A DNA stretch of 64,000 bases from positions 1,344,001 through 1,408,000 of the forward strand of contig OY762069.1 in the NCBI GenBank assembly GCA_963665095.1. Reading direction: 5' to 3'. Within the stretch, counting starts at the first letter, position 1, and every line of letters starts with the position of its first letter. Shown here in pieces: positions 38,940-49,342 of this stretch. The position numbers were made by a program, and so were the translations under genes. Origin of the DNA: an uncultured Desulfobacter sp. Its GTDB lineage: Bacteria; Desulfobacterota; Desulfobacteria; Desulfobacterales; Desulfobacteraceae. The notes beneath the pieces are model-generated. The model was not told where the DNA came from, made no database searches, and worked only from the letters and a program-made list of their open reading frames with translations.

Positions 38940-40200
38940 CGTTCGACACCAGTTCCCTTCTCAGCATCTCCAGTGCCATGGCGGCAAACAACTGTTTGTT
39001 GCGCTCCCGCATGCCGGTGTCCAGGACAAATCTTTTTGCAGATACGCCGGCCGGACCTGCCACACCAATGCACACAGTGCCCACAGGTTTGGCTTCCGTA
39101 CCGCCGGTGGGGCCGGCAATTCCGGTTGTGGAGACGGCCCAGTCTGACCGGCCGGTTGCTTTGACCCCGGCTGCCATTTCAGCGGCTGTGGTTTCGTGCA
39201 CCGCCCCATTATCTTCCAGGGTCTGGCGGGACACCTTTAGAACATTTTCTTTAGCAGAGTTGGCATAGGTGGTGGCGGAAAAAAGGAAATAGTCTGATGC
39301 CCCTGCCACATCCGTGATCAGGTTGGCTATCAGGCCGCCTGTGCAGGACTCTGCAACACTTAAGGTCTGGCCGCGTTCCGAGAGTAGCCGTCCCACCTCC
39401 TGTGCAAGGGTGAGACCCTGGTCTGATATCACTTTTCTTCCCAGCCGCTTTGCCACCCATTTTTTTGCCTGCCCCATATCACACTTATGATCTTTGGCAC
39501 TTTTTTCTTTAGTATCTTTCCCGGGAATCTGGCTCAATTTCACCTCAATCATGGGGAATCTGGCCCTGAACCCCAGATGGATCCCTTGAAATTGATCTGT
39601 AAAATCGCTTAGCACCTCGCCCACTTTGGATTCGTGCATGCCAAAAACCATAAGACGGATCACTTCAATCTCACCTGCGTGGCCTGTCATTTCAAACAAC
39701 TGCGGTTTTACAGCCTGATCAAACATCTTCTCCATCTCCCTTGGCACTCCGGGCATAAAGAAAAAGCGACACTGTTTAATGGTCATGGCAAAACCAGGCG
39801 CGGTGCCGCAAAAATTTTCAAGCACATCCGCCCCTTTGGGCAGCATGGCCTGTTTTTCATTGGCAGGTGTCAGTTCAAACCCGCGCCTGGCAAAATAGGT
39901 CTCCATGGAGGCCAGGGCAGAGGCATTAAGTTCGATATCCACGTTGGCAGCCCTGGCACAGGCCTCGGCTGTCAGATCGTCCGATGTGGGGCCAAGACCG
40001 CCGGTGACGGCACAGACATCTGCAGTTTCGGCAATAGTCTCAAACTCTTTGACAAGGGCATCGAGATCGTCGGGCACTGCACTTGTTTTTGCAACGGTGA
40101 TGCCTGAATTTTTAAGCCGGCGGCATAAAAAGGCTGCATTGGTGTCAATAATATCTCCGAGCAGGACTTCGTTGCCGGTGGAAAGAACATGGGCAATCAT
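38932..40200 (-). CDS. cinA: CinA family protein (MoCF-like domain fused to NMN deamidase PncC domain)
   Basis: GNEVLLG..DTN, GGLGPTSDD, PGVPREM, AESCTGG and TGIAGP. Confidence 0.93.
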   Translation of the reverse strand: MIAHVLSTGNEVLLGDIIDTNAAFLCRRLKNSGITVAKTSAVPDDLDALVKEFETIAETADVCAVTGGLGPTSDDLTAEACARAANVDIELNASALASMETYFARRGFELTPANEKQAMLPKGADVLENFCGTAPGFAMTIKQCRFFFMPGVPREMEKMFDQAVKPQLFEMTGHAGEIEVIRLMVFGMHESKVGEVLSDFTDQFQGIHLGFRARFPMIEVKLSQIPGKDTKEKSAKDHKCDMGQAKKWVAKRLGRKVISDQGLTLAQEVGRLLSERGQTLSVAESCTGGLIANLITDVAGASDYFLFSATTYANSAKENVLKVSRQTLEDNGAVHETTAAEMAAGVKATGRSDWAVSTTGIAGPTGGTEAKPVGTVCIGVAGPAGVSAKRFVLDTGMRERNKQLFAAMALEMLRRELVSNVK

Positions 40201-40275
40201 GGTTTATCCTTTACTTTATCGTGCCTGTCAGCAGCAGCCAAACCGGCTTGATATGGCCAGTGACAGACAGACACC

Positions 40276-41799
40276 TTATTCTTCATGGTTAAAAAACATG
40301 GCATGGTTGGAGGAAAAAAAGGCTGGATTTTTCCTGAACCTGGATCCCACACCCAATACTTTTTTAAACTCCTTATCAATAAACCCCTTGACCTTACGCC
40401 GGGTCCAGCCATGGGGGTGATCAAAATTCAGATACAGGGACAGATCCCCGTGATAGAACTCATGGGTCACCAGACCTTTGGCGTCATCACTGAACTTGGG
40501 CAGATTAAATACTGCCAGGTTCAGATAGTCAATATTATCCTTGTGGGCATTGATATAATCCAGGGTGCGGCGGGCGGCTGCCTCATTTTCATAATGGGTG
40601 CCGAACAACAGATAAACAAAGGTTAATATCCCTGCCTGCCTGAGATTTTCAAGGGTCCTTGAGGCAAGTGTCAGGTCTGTACCTTTGCTCATATCATCCA
40701 GTACGGCCTGGTCCCCTGATTCCAGGCCGAGTTTGAGCATTTCACACCCGCTGCGCTTCAGTGCCCGGCAGAAATCCGGATCGGCAAAATCCCGTTCAAA
40801 CCGGACAAATCCATACCATTTAAAAGAACAGCGCTGTCGGGACAACGCCTTAAGAAAGGCCGGCGTGACCGCATTATCTATGAAATGCACCACCTGTGGA
40901 TGATGACTTTTAGCCATGGTATTCAGATCATCTAAGACCCGGTCAGCCCGCTGGGTGGAATAGGGCCTGGTTTCCGCCTTTTCCGGACAAAAATTGCATT
41001 TGCTCCAGTAGCATCCAATGGAAGCCCTGAACGGCAGGATCTTTGCCGGGGCAATATAGTCGTAATTTTCTGCAAACCCATAATCCGGCACATAATGTTT
41101 CTTTTCAATGCCGGATTTGCCCAACAACGCCAGCAGCGGAATCTCACCCTCTCCTTTTACCATATGATCAAAAAGCTGTGAAAAAGGATTGTTAAAATCA
41201 GGCCGGCTCATCCAGGAGGAAACAAGGCCGCCGCCCGCCAAAAGTTTTCTGTCCGGGAAATTATCCCGGATCCACCCGGCCAGGGCAAAGCTGACCAGGG
41301 CCTGGTTCAAATAGCACAGTGAAATACCCACAAAGGGGTGATGCCAGGACTCCACCACAGGACGAAGCTTTTCTTCAAAATAGGGGTAGAACGGATTTTC
41401 CCGGTAACATCTTGCACTGTCAAGCAGTGCTGTTGAATCAACCGAAGACAGCTGGTTATCTGAATAATCACTTAAACTCACCTTGAACCGGGTCTGATCC
41501 ACAGCCACGCTGACCAGGCGGTTCAGGTCGTACACCCGCTGATGGTAGCGATCACAATTTTTGTAAATGTCAGGATTTTTCAGGTCTGTTAAAAGTCGTG
41601 CACGGTTCTTAATTGCGCGCCGGGTCCAGGAGTCGCCTGCCTGGTCTTTACCCACTGACGCGATCAGCCACAAAAGCCCGTCCACATTGGCATCAACACA
41701 TTTGCACGGGATATGGTTCTCTTTAAGGGCAGCAGACAAAAGCGCTATGCCCGCAGGCGGTTCACACGGTTTGGCCACAGGTGGAAAAATTAAAAGCAT
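40276..41799 (-). CDS. B12-binding-domain radical SAM protein
   Basis: PPAGIALL N-terminus, AGGG..S, GEGE, CYWSKCNFC and GLESG. Confidence 0.85.
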   Translation of the reverse strand: MLLIFPPVAKPCEPPAGIALLSAALKENHIPCKCVDANVDGLLWLIASVGKDQAGDSWTRRAIKNRARLLTDLKNPDIYKNCDRYHQRVYDLNRLVSVAVDQTRFKVSLSDYSDNQLSSVDSTALLDSARCYRENPFYPYFEEKLRPVVESWHHPFVGISLCYLNQALVSFALAGWIRDNFPDRKLLAGGGLVSSWMSRPDFNNPFSQLFDHMVKGEGEIPLLALLGKSGIEKKHYVPDYGFAENYDYIAPAKILPFRASIGCYWSKCNFCPEKAETRPYSTQRADRVLDDLNTMAKSHHPQVVHFIDNAVTPAFLKALSRQRCSFKWYGFVRFERDFADPDFCRALKRSGCEMLKLGLESGDQAVLDDMSKGTDLTLASRTLENLRQAGILTFVYLLFGTHYENEAAARRTLDYINAHKDNIDYLNLAVFNLPKFSDDAKGLVTHEFYHGDLSLYLNFDHPHGWTRRKVKGFIDKEFKKVLGVGSRFRKNPAFFSSNHAMFFNHEE

Positions 41800-41987
41800 T
41801 CAAAGGTTCCATGTCTCTCATTAAAAAATCAGGGGATCATATCACTTTTGCAGACAGTTGTTTACCCTTGAAAACACAAGCAACTATTTTTTGTTTCTAC
41901 TCACAGAAACATTTTTATTGACTTGCATCTAAAAACCCTTTAATTTGGCTTGTAAATAAACTAAAGGATTTTTCTTAAAGACCTATT

Positions 41988-42086
41988 ATGACATCTGCAT
42001 CACCCCATACAAACAAAAAAATCTGGTGCTGGCGCTGCCGGCCAATATGGCAACGGCTGCTGCAAAGGTGTTCATTTATGCGTTAA
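41988..42086 (+). CDS. trpL: trp operon leader peptide MTSASPHTNKKIWCWRCRPIWQRLLQRCSFMR
   Basis: 32-codon ORF with three Trp codons, upstream of the terminator that precedes trpE. Confidence 0.75.
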   Translation: MTSASPHTNKKIWCWRCRPIWQRLLQRCSFMR

Positions 42087-42145
42087 TCCCGATGACATAC
42101 CGCTGCAGCAGCTTTTCCCCATTTGCAGTTGCTGCAGCCCCATTC

Positions 42146-42176
42146 AAGGCTGACAGCACCACGTCAGCCTTTTTTT
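42146..42176 (+). terminator. trp attenuator terminator
   Basis: AAGGCTGAC-N8-GTCAGCCTT plus T-run, ending 26 nt before the trpE ATG. Confidence 0.85.
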
Positions 42177-42202
42177 ATACAAGACGATACAAGGAATAAA
42201 TA

Positions 42203-43693
42203 ATGATTTTAGATCACCTGCCGGATAAAGACCGGTTCATGGAACTTGCCCGGACAGCCAATGTAATACCTGTGGGCACAAGAGTACTGGCCGATACCGA
42301 CACCCCGGTATCCATCCTTCAGAAGTGCTATGATAAGGACAAGGAAAGTTTTCTGCTGGAAAGTGTGGAGGGTGGTGAGCGCTGGGGAAGGTTCAGCTTT
42401 CTGGGGGTATCGGCTTTCGGTCGCATAAAAATCTTTAAAACCCATGTGCTGGTAGAAACACAGCATGAGACCTTAAGAATCGCCCATGAAAATGATCCGC
42501 TAAAGGTGATGCGTGACATTATCAAACGCTATACTCCGGCGGATTTTCCGGATCTGCCCCGGTTCTGGAGCGGTATTACCGGTTATTTTGCCTATGAAAT
42601 GGTCGCGTTTTTCGAAAATATTGATGTCGCCCTGCCCGACGGCACCCCCTATGGTCATTTTATTATCCCGGAGCAGATGGTTATCTTTGATAATATCAAG
42701 CAGACCATGACCTGCCTGAATATCTGCTACCTGACCCAAAATGATGATCCGGCAAAGGTATATGATAAAGCCAGAGCCAGTCTTGATGAACTGGTCAGTC
42801 AGATCAGCCGGCCTTTTGCACCCACGCCTTGCACAAATGTTTCAAAAACAGCCTTAGAGCCCCTGACACCGGCTCAGGAATATATGGACGGGGTCAACAC
42901 CATCAAACATCACATTGTAGAGGGTGATATTTTCCAGGCTGTTTATTCCCAGCCCTTTTCATGCAAAACCGATGTGGACCCGGTGCTTATCTACCGTGCC
43001 CAGCGATACATCAACCCATCCCCGTATATGTTCTTCATGAACTTCAGGGACCGGGTGGTGGCAGGCTCTTCACCCGAAACCATGGTGCGCCTGGAAAACC
43101 GGGTGGCAACCCTTCGTCCCATTGCCGGCACAAGGCCCAGGGGGGCCACCGAACAACAAGACCGCTCCCTGGCCGACGACCTGCTCAATGATGAAAAGGA
43201 AAAGGCCGAGCATGTCATGCTCATTGATCTGGGCCGCAACGATCTTGGCCGGGTGGCCAAAGCCTGCACGGTGCAGGTCACGGACACCATGGTCATTGAA
43301 CGCTATTCCCATGTCATGCACCTGGTCTCCAACATCACCTGTGATGTCAAGGATGACTGCGACGCCTTTGACCTTTTCAAGGCCACCTTTCCCGCAGGCA
43401 CCCTGTCCGGTGCCCCGAAAATCAGGGCCATGGAGATCATTGCAGCACTTGAAAACCGGCCCCGGGGTATATACGGCGGCGCAGCCGGGTATATCTCCTT
43501 TACAGGCAATATGGATTTTGCCATCACCATCCGTACCGCTGTCATGGAAAACAACACCCTGACAGTCCAGGCCGGTGCCGGCATTGTGTACGACTCTGAT
43601 CCTGAAACCGAATTAAAAGAGTGCATAAACAAGGCCAAAAGTGTTGAAACCGCCTTTAAGCTGGCCCTGTCACAAAGCAAAGGGGAAAATTAA
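42203..43693 (+). CDS. trpE: Anthranilate synthase component I
   Basis: LLES, NPSPYM, PIAGTRPRG, EHVMLIDLGRND and GTLSGAPK. Confidence 0.95.
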   Translation: MILDHLPDKDRFMELARTANVIPVGTRVLADTDTPVSILQKCYDKDKESFLLESVEGGERWGRFSFLGVSAFGRIKIFKTHVLVETQHETLRIAHENDPLKVMRDIIKRYTPADFPDLPRFWSGITGYFAYEMVAFFENIDVALPDGTPYGHFIIPEQMVIFDNIKQTMTCLNICYLTQNDDPAKVYDKARASLDELVSQISRPFAPTPCTNVSKTALEPLTPAQEYMDGVNTIKHHIVEGDIFQAVYSQPFSCKTDVDPVLIYRAQRYINPSPYMFFMNFRDRVVAGSSPETMVRLENRVATLRPIAGTRPRGATEQQDRSLADDLLNDEKEKAEHVMLIDLGRNDLGRVAKACTVQVTDTMVIERYSHVMHLVSNITCDVKDDCDAFDLFKATFPAGTLSGAPKIRAMEIIAALENRPRGIYGGAAGYISFTGNMDFAITIRTAVMENNTLTVQAGAGIVYDSDPETELKECINKAKSVETAFKLALSQSKGEN

Positions 43694-43695
43694 AT

Positions 43696-44265
43696 ATGAA
43701 AGCGGCAATTATTGACAATTACGACTCCTTTACCTTTAATCTGATGCACTATGTACTGCATACAGGGGTCCAGGTTGAGGTTTTCAGAAATGATAAAATC
43801 AGCGTGACAGAACTGGACAGTTTGGGGTTTAATGCCATTATCCTTTCTCCGGGCCCAGGACGGCCGGAAGATGCCGGTATCTGCCTGGAGGTGGTACAAA
43901 AGCTCTCCGGGAAGGTGCCGATCCTAGGTGTGTGCCTTGGCCACCAGACCATCGCCCAGAGTTTTGGCGGCACCATAATTCATGCCAAGTCCATCATGCA
44001 CGGTAAAACCTCCGTGGTTGAAACCGATGGCAAACAAATATTTAACGGCATCACAAAGCCCTTTAATGCCATGCGGTACCACTCTCTGGCCGTACAGGAA
44101 TCTGACCTGCCGGACTGCCTGGAGGTGACTGCCAGAACAAAGGACGGAGAGATCATGGGAATCAGACATAAAACACACCCCACCCAGGGGGTCCAGTTTC
44201 ATCCGGAATCATTCATGACCACTGTGGGCAAACGACTGATCAGAAATTTTATCAAAGGAGCATAG
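43696..44265 (+). CDS. trpG: Anthranilate synthase component II (glutamine amidotransferase)
   Basis: IDNYDSFT, SPGPG, GVCLGHQ and QFHPES. Confidence 0.95.
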   Translation: MKAAIIDNYDSFTFNLMHYVLHTGVQVEVFRNDKISVTELDSLGFNAIILSPGPGRPEDAGICLEVVQKLSGKVPILGVCLGHQTIAQSFGGTIIHAKSIMHGKTSVVETDGKQIFNGITKPFNAMRYHSLAVQESDLPDCLEVTARTKDGEIMGIRHKTHPTQGVQFHPESFMTTVGKRLIRNFIKGA

Positions 44266-44270
44266 GCGCT

Positions 44271-45293
44271 ATGAGCGATTTTACCACCCATCTGAACACC
44301 ATTATTAAAGGGGAAAATCTCGGCCAGGACCAGATGGCCGGAATGCTGGAGGCAATTTTTTCAGGAGAAACCACTGAATCCCAGATCGGCGCGTTCATGG
44401 CGGCCCTGGCCACCAAGGGCGAAACCTTTGAAGAGCTGGCAGGTGCGGCGCGTGCCATGCGCACCAAGGCAGTAAGGGTCCAGACCCTTGCTAAAAAGGT
44501 GATTGACACCTGCGGCACCGGCGGGGATAAATCCGGCTCATTCAACATCTCCACCACCACCGCCTTTGTCATTGCCGGGGCCGGCATTACCGTGGCCAAA
44601 CACGGCAACCGCTCCATCACCAGCAAATGCGGATCTGCAGACGTACTTGAAGCCCTTGGGGTCAATTTAACCGTGGACCCGGAAATTGTGGAAGAGGCCA
44701 TCAATGAAATCGGCATTGGCTTTATGTTTGCCCCGCTCTACCATGGTTCCATGAAATACGCCATGAAGGCGCGCACTGAATGCAAAATCAGAAGTATTTT
44801 TAATATGCTGGGACCCCTGACAAATCCCGCGGCCGCCTCCTGCCAGATACTGGGTGTCTATGCTCCGGAACTGACTGAAATGTTTGGAAAGGCATTGAAT
44901 CTGCTGGGTGTGGAAAAGGCCTTTGTGGTCCATGGCCATGACGGTATGGATGAGATGACCACCACGGACCTGACACGGGTGACGGAATTAGACAAGGGCC
45001 TGATTAAAACCTATGATGTGGATCCGCTGACCTATTTTGATGAATATGCTGACGCCAAAGACCTGATGGGGGGCGATGCCCAGCACAATGCCGGCATTAC
45101 CCGGGCTATTCTTAATGGGGAACAGGGTCCTAAAGCCAACATTGTCCTGCTCAATGCCGGAGCCGGTTTAGTGGCCGCTAATGCCGCCCCTACCATTGAA
45201 AAGGGGATTGAACTGGCCAAAGAGTCCATCAAATCAGGAGCGGCCATGGAAAAACTGACAGCACTTGCCGCCTATACCCGGGAAAACGGATAG
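44271..45293 (+). CDS. trpD: Anthranilate phosphoribosyltransferase
   Basis: DTCGTGGD, NIST, KHGNRS and GPLTNP. Confidence 0.96.
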   Translation: MSDFTTHLNTIIKGENLGQDQMAGMLEAIFSGETTESQIGAFMAALATKGETFEELAGAARAMRTKAVRVQTLAKKVIDTCGTGGDKSGSFNISTTTAFVIAGAGITVAKHGNRSITSKCGSADVLEALGVNLTVDPEIVEEAINEIGIGFMFAPLYHGSMKYAMKARTECKIRSIFNMLGPLTNPAAASCQILGVYAPELTEMFGKALNLLGVEKAFVVHGHDGMDEMTTTDLTRVTELDKGLIKTYDVDPLTYFDEYADAKDLMGGDAQHNAGITRAILNGEQGPKANIVLLNAGAGLVAANAAPTIEKGIELAKESIKSGAAMEKLTALAAYTRENG

Positions 45294-45303
45294 GAAGTTA
45301 AAA

Positions 45304-46113
45304 ATGAAAATGACCGGATTTTTAAAAACGATAGTTGATGTCAAAATCGAAGAGATCAACCATGCCAGGGTAGAAATTCCTTTGGCTGCCATCCGCCATG
45401 ATGCCGAGCATACCCCGGCACCGGTATCATTTATAGAAGCAATGGCTGCCTCAACATGTGAAGCACCAGGGATCATTGCCGAGGTGAAAAAGGCATCCCC
45501 GTCCAAAGGGGATATCCGCCCGGACATTGATGCTGCCGCCTATGCCAGGGCCTATACCAAAGGATGTGCCAGGGCCATATCTGTGCTGACGGAATCAAAA
45601 TATTTTAAAGGCACACTGTCCGACCTCGAACTGGTATGCCAAAACACAAATCTGCCGGTACTGCGAAAGGATTTTATTTTTAACGAATATCAGATTTATG
45701 AAGCAAAAAAAGCAGGGGCTTCAGCCGTACTCTTAATCACCACCCTGCTGGACCCAATCCTTCAGGCTGAACTGACCAGCATGGCCAGAGAGCTTGATAT
45801 GGAACCTTTGGTGGAGATCAATTCGGAATCTGAGTTTGAACAGGCATATAAAGCATCCGCCCGGGTGGTGGGCATCAACAACCGGAATCTTACCACCCTT
45901 GAAGTGGACACCACTGTGGCCCGGCGGGTGGCAAAAATCTTCCCCAGCGAAATTATCCCGGTGGAAGCCTCGGGGATTTCAAATCGTTCAGGCATTGAGG
46001 CAGGCCTTGAAAATGGCATTTTCAATTTTCTTGTGGGGGAAAGCATTGTAAGGGCAAAAGATCCGGCACAGTTCATCCGGGCGCTTCTCGGAAAAAAAGA
46101 GAAGGATAATTAG
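45304..46113 (+). CDS. trpC: Indole-3-glycerol phosphate synthase
   Basis: IAEVKKASPSKG, ISVLTE, LRKDF and GINNRNL. Confidence 0.95.
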   Translation: MKMTGFLKTIVDVKIEEINHARVEIPLAAIRHDAEHTPAPVSFIEAMAASTCEAPGIIAEVKKASPSKGDIRPDIDAAAYARAYTKGCARAISVLTESKYFKGTLSDLELVCQNTNLPVLRKDFIFNEYQIYEAKKAGASAVLLITTLLDPILQAELTSMARELDMEPLVEINSESEFEQAYKASARVVGINNRNLTTLEVDTTVARRVAKIFPSEIIPVEASGISNRSGIEAGLENGIFNFLVGESIVRAKDPAQFIRALLGKKEKDN

Positions 46114-46116
46114 ACC

Positions 46117-46800
46117 ATGGAACAAATTTTCAGGCCGGCATGGCAGATTCCAGAATCACGGTCATCAGTCCTTGTGAAAATCTGCGGTCTGACCCGCGTG
46201 GACAATGCGCTTGAATGTGTTAACGCCGGTGCTGATATTATCGGCCTGGTGTTTTATGAAAAAAGTCCCCGGCATGTGGAAAGACAGACAGCCCTCCGGA
46301 TAGCCCGGGCTCTTCCATCCCATGTGCCGGCATGCGGGGTATTTGTTAATGAATCCTTTGCAACCATCATGGAAACAGCTCAAACGTGCGGTCTTGGCCT
46401 TGTCCAGCTCCATGGCAATGAATCACCCCAGATGGTCCAGCGTCTGTCCGATCACGGTCTTGTAGTGGTTAAAGCCTTTTTCGCAGCAGCGCAACCCACG
46501 CTCAGCCAGGCAGCCCGGTATTTGTATGCGGACTTCTGTCTGGCCGAGTACGGCAAAGGGATTCTGCCGGGCGGCAATGCTGAAACCTGGGATTACGGTC
46601 AGGCAAAGGAAATGGGAAAAAAAATTCGTCTGATGCTGGCCGGAGGTCTTGATCCTGAAAATGTAAAGGATGCTGTGGAAAAGGTTTACCCCTGTGCCGT
46701 GGATGTCTCTTCAGGCGTGGAAAAAGAAAAGGGTGTTAAAAATATTTCAAAGGTCCGGGCATTCATTGACGCAGCCAAGTCCGTCTCGTTACCCACATAA
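46117..46800 (+). CDS. trpF: Phosphoribosylanthranilate isomerase
   Basis: VKICGLT, QLHGNE, LAGGL and VDVSSGVE. Confidence 0.93.
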   Translation: MEQIFRPAWQIPESRSSVLVKICGLTRVDNALECVNAGADIIGLVFYEKSPRHVERQTALRIARALPSHVPACGVFVNESFATIMETAQTCGLGLVQLHGNESPQMVQRLSDHGLVVVKAFFAAAQPTLSQAARYLYADFCLAEYGKGILPGGNAETWDYGQAKEMGKKIRLMLAGGLDPENVKDAVEKVYPCAVDVSSGVEKEKGVKNISKVRAFIDAAKSVSLPT

Positions 46801-46849
46801 CCATTAAAATTTATTCCAGGCATTCATCGGTTTTCTGATATGCGTTTGT

Positions 46850-47596
46850 TCAGCGGACCAGCAGATTATTGCCCGGATAAATTTTGTCATCCAATGTCAG
46901 ATTATTGAGCTTGCGCAAAGCCCCCACGCTGATTTTATATTTTCTGGAAATGGAATACAGGGTTTCGCCCTTCTGAACTGTGTGGAACTGACTGGGTTTC
47001 TTCTTGGGCGTAGTCACCTTCTTTGGTTTGACCGTTTTCACAGCCACTTTTTCAGGAACGGGTGCAGCAGGTTTGGCTTCGGCTTTTGGTTTAACTGCAG
47101 GGGTAACCTTTGCGGCTGAAATCTGGGCAACGGCTTTCTGCCTGTTTAAACGTGCCTCAAGTTTTCCCATCCGTTCAATCAGTGTATCCAGCTTTAAATT
47201 CACGGCCGTCTCCAGACGCGTCACCCGATCATCAAGATCCATAACTGCTTTGGATGAGATCAGGGAAGCATCCTGACCGGAAGAAGACATCAACTTTGCC
47301 AAAGAGACCTCAAGGGCTGAAATACGGCTCTCAAAACCTGGGGCATCTACCTGGGCAGCCTTGTCTTCGGAAAAGGCCTGACTGTCCGGATCTTTTTTGC
47401 CGGACGGCCCTTTAAAAAACCAGAAAAAGGCCAGGATCGTGATCACCAGCGCGGCCCCGAGAATCATGGCAAACTCATTTCTTTTCAGCAAAGAGTTGCC
47501 GGAATCCATATCAGATTCAGAGGCTATCTGTTTTTTTCGGTTTGAATTTTTTCCTGTGGTGGGTATCTTGGATTCAGACGCAGGCTTTTTGCTCAT
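46850..47596 (-). CDS. Membrane-anchored coiled-coil protein with a C-terminal LysM domain
   Basis: AGGAG before ATG 47596; one TM helix, coiled coil, K/P/A-rich linker, HTVQKGETLYSISRKY. Confidence 0.88.
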   Translation of the reverse strand: MSKKPASESKIPTTGKNSNRKKQIASESDMDSGNSLLKRNEFAMILGAALVITILAFFWFFKGPSGKKDPDSQAFSEDKAAQVDAPGFESRISALEVSLAKLMSSSGQDASLISSKAVMDLDDRVTRLETAVNLKLDTLIERMGKLEARLNRQKAVAQISAAKVTPAVKPKAEAKPAAPVPEKVAVKTVKPKKVTTPKKKPSQFHTVQKGETLYSISRKYKISVGALRKLNNLTLDDKIYPGNNLLVR

Positions 47597-47910
47597 CTTA
47601 CAACTCCTAAGAAAAATTCCTTTTTGTGCATTCATACCATTTCAGCCCGTTATTTCAAGCCTAAACAAAAAATAACCTGAACCCGTGGAAAGGTTATAAC
47701 CCTTTCCAATGATAATTTGCCCTGATTATTCATATTATCACTTTGACAAGGCAGATCACTTTACCTATCTATTTCTGTAATTTAAATTAACTAGGAAAAC
47801 CTGTAATTATCCATTTTTCAGCTTTACATGAGGGAGTTTGTACTTTCCTGCCTCCTAAGATTTGCTAAAAAAATTTGACCCCTAACGTAACTCTTTTAAA
47901 GGAGATTGTT

Positions 47911-49215
47911 ATGACTGAGGTAATAAAACTTGAAAGAGAAAAAAAGGCTGCCTTTAAAGAAAAATTAATGAGCAAGCTGCCCGATGGTGCCAACCTTAAT
48001 TTGTGCCTGACCTGCGGCGCATGTGCTTCCGGTTGTCCCGCAACAGGGCTTGAAAATATGGATCCACGCAAATTTGTCAGAATGGTGGCTTTGGGTATGG
48101 ACGATGAACTGACCAAGCATCCGTGGGTATGGATGTGCTCCCAGTGCCAGCGTTGTGTTTTTGTCTGCCCCATGAATATTGACATCGCAGCACTGGTGTA
48201 TGAGGCCCGGCAGTTATGGCCCAGGGACGAGAGACCCAAAGGCATTGTCGGATCCTGTGACATGGCACTTAGAAACACCAGCGGCAGTGCCATGGGAATT
48301 TCTGAAGAGGATTTTGAATGGGTGGTTGGTGACATTTTAGATGAAGTTCATGAAGACCAGCCAGGCTGGGAAGAGCTTGATGCACCGGTGAATAAAGAGG
48401 GTGCCCATTTTTTTGTGAGCCAGAATTCCCGTGAACCGGGTGTTGAACCGGAGGAGATGGTTCCCTTATGGAAAATTCTGAACATTGTCGGGGCAGACTG
48501 GACATACAGCACAAGGGGTTGGGGTGGTGAAAATTACTGTATGTTCCTCGCAGATGACGAGAACTGGGAAAAAGTCACCAGAAATACCATTGAATCCGCC
48601 ATGGAACTGGGTTGTAAAGTGTATTTAAATACTGAATGCGGCCACTCTACATTCTCAGTCTGGAAGGGCCAGCAGCGTTTCGGTATTAAAACAGACCTCG
48701 AAATCGCACCAATGGTTCAATATTATGCCAAATGGATACGGGAAGGTAAGTTAAAACCAAGCTCTGACTGGAATAAGGACCTGAAAGTCACATTTACAGT
48801 TCAGGACCCCTGTCAACAGGTTCGGAAAAGCTTTGGTGATCCGCTGGCAGATGATTTACGTTTTGTTGTCAAAGCCTGCATCGGTGAAGAAAATTTTATC
48901 GATATGGTTCCCAACCATTCCAATAACTTCTGCTGTGGCGGCGGCGGTGGCTACCTTCAGTCAGGCTTTAATGAAGCCCGTCTGAAATACGGTGAGATTA
49001 AAAAAGATCAGATTCTGGCCACCGGTGCAGACTACTGCGTCACCCCCTGTCATAACTGCCATGACCAGATTCATAAACTTGCTGACCACTATGAGTGCAA
49101 GTACCACACGATCCATTTATGGACCCTGCTGGCTCTGGCCTTAGGCGTGCTTGGCGAAAATGAACGGATTTATCTTGGACCGGATCTGAAGGAAGTCAAT
49201 CTTCCCGAAGAATAA
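47911..49215 (+). CDS. HdrD/GlpC-like Fe-S oxidoreductase (2x[4Fe-4S] plus CCG domain)
   Basis: CLTCGACASGCP, CSQCQRCVFVCP, ECGH, QDPC, CCGGGG and PCHNC. Confidence 0.9.
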   Translation: MTEVIKLEREKKAAFKEKLMSKLPDGANLNLCLTCGACASGCPATGLENMDPRKFVRMVALGMDDELTKHPWVWMCSQCQRCVFVCPMNIDIAALVYEARQLWPRDERPKGIVGSCDMALRNTSGSAMGISEEDFEWVVGDILDEVHEDQPGWEELDAPVNKEGAHFFVSQNSREPGVEPEEMVPLWKILNIVGADWTYSTRGWGGENYCMFLADDENWEKVTRNTIESAMELGCKVYLNTECGHSTFSVWKGQQRFGIKTDLEIAPMVQYYAKWIREGKLKPSSDWNKDLKVTFTVQDPCQQVRKSFGDPLADDLRFVVKACIGEENFIDMVPNHSNNFCCGGGGGYLQSGFNEARLKYGEIKKDQILATGADYCVTPCHNCHDQIHKLADHYECKYHTIHLWTLLALALGVLGENERIYLGPDLKEVNLPEE

Positions 49216-49290
49216 CCGCGACACCATAGCAACGAAAAATTGTGGTATCCGGAGCCAAAGCGCAGTCATAACAGTGATAAACACCATATA

Positions 49291-49324
49291 AGTGCAGGCC
49301 GATGATCAGGTGTCGGCCTGCACT
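49291..49324. terminator. Stem-loop between convergent genes
   Basis: 12-bp stem AGTGCAGGCCGA...TCGGCCTGCACT. Confidence 0.65.
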
Positions 49325-49342
49325 GTACCCTGCCTTTTTTCA

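Noticed and set aside
47686..47708. Dyad TGGAAAGG-TTATAAC-CCTTTCCA between the LysM and HdrD-like genes
   Set aside because: Single occurrence matching no operator I recognise; could be chance
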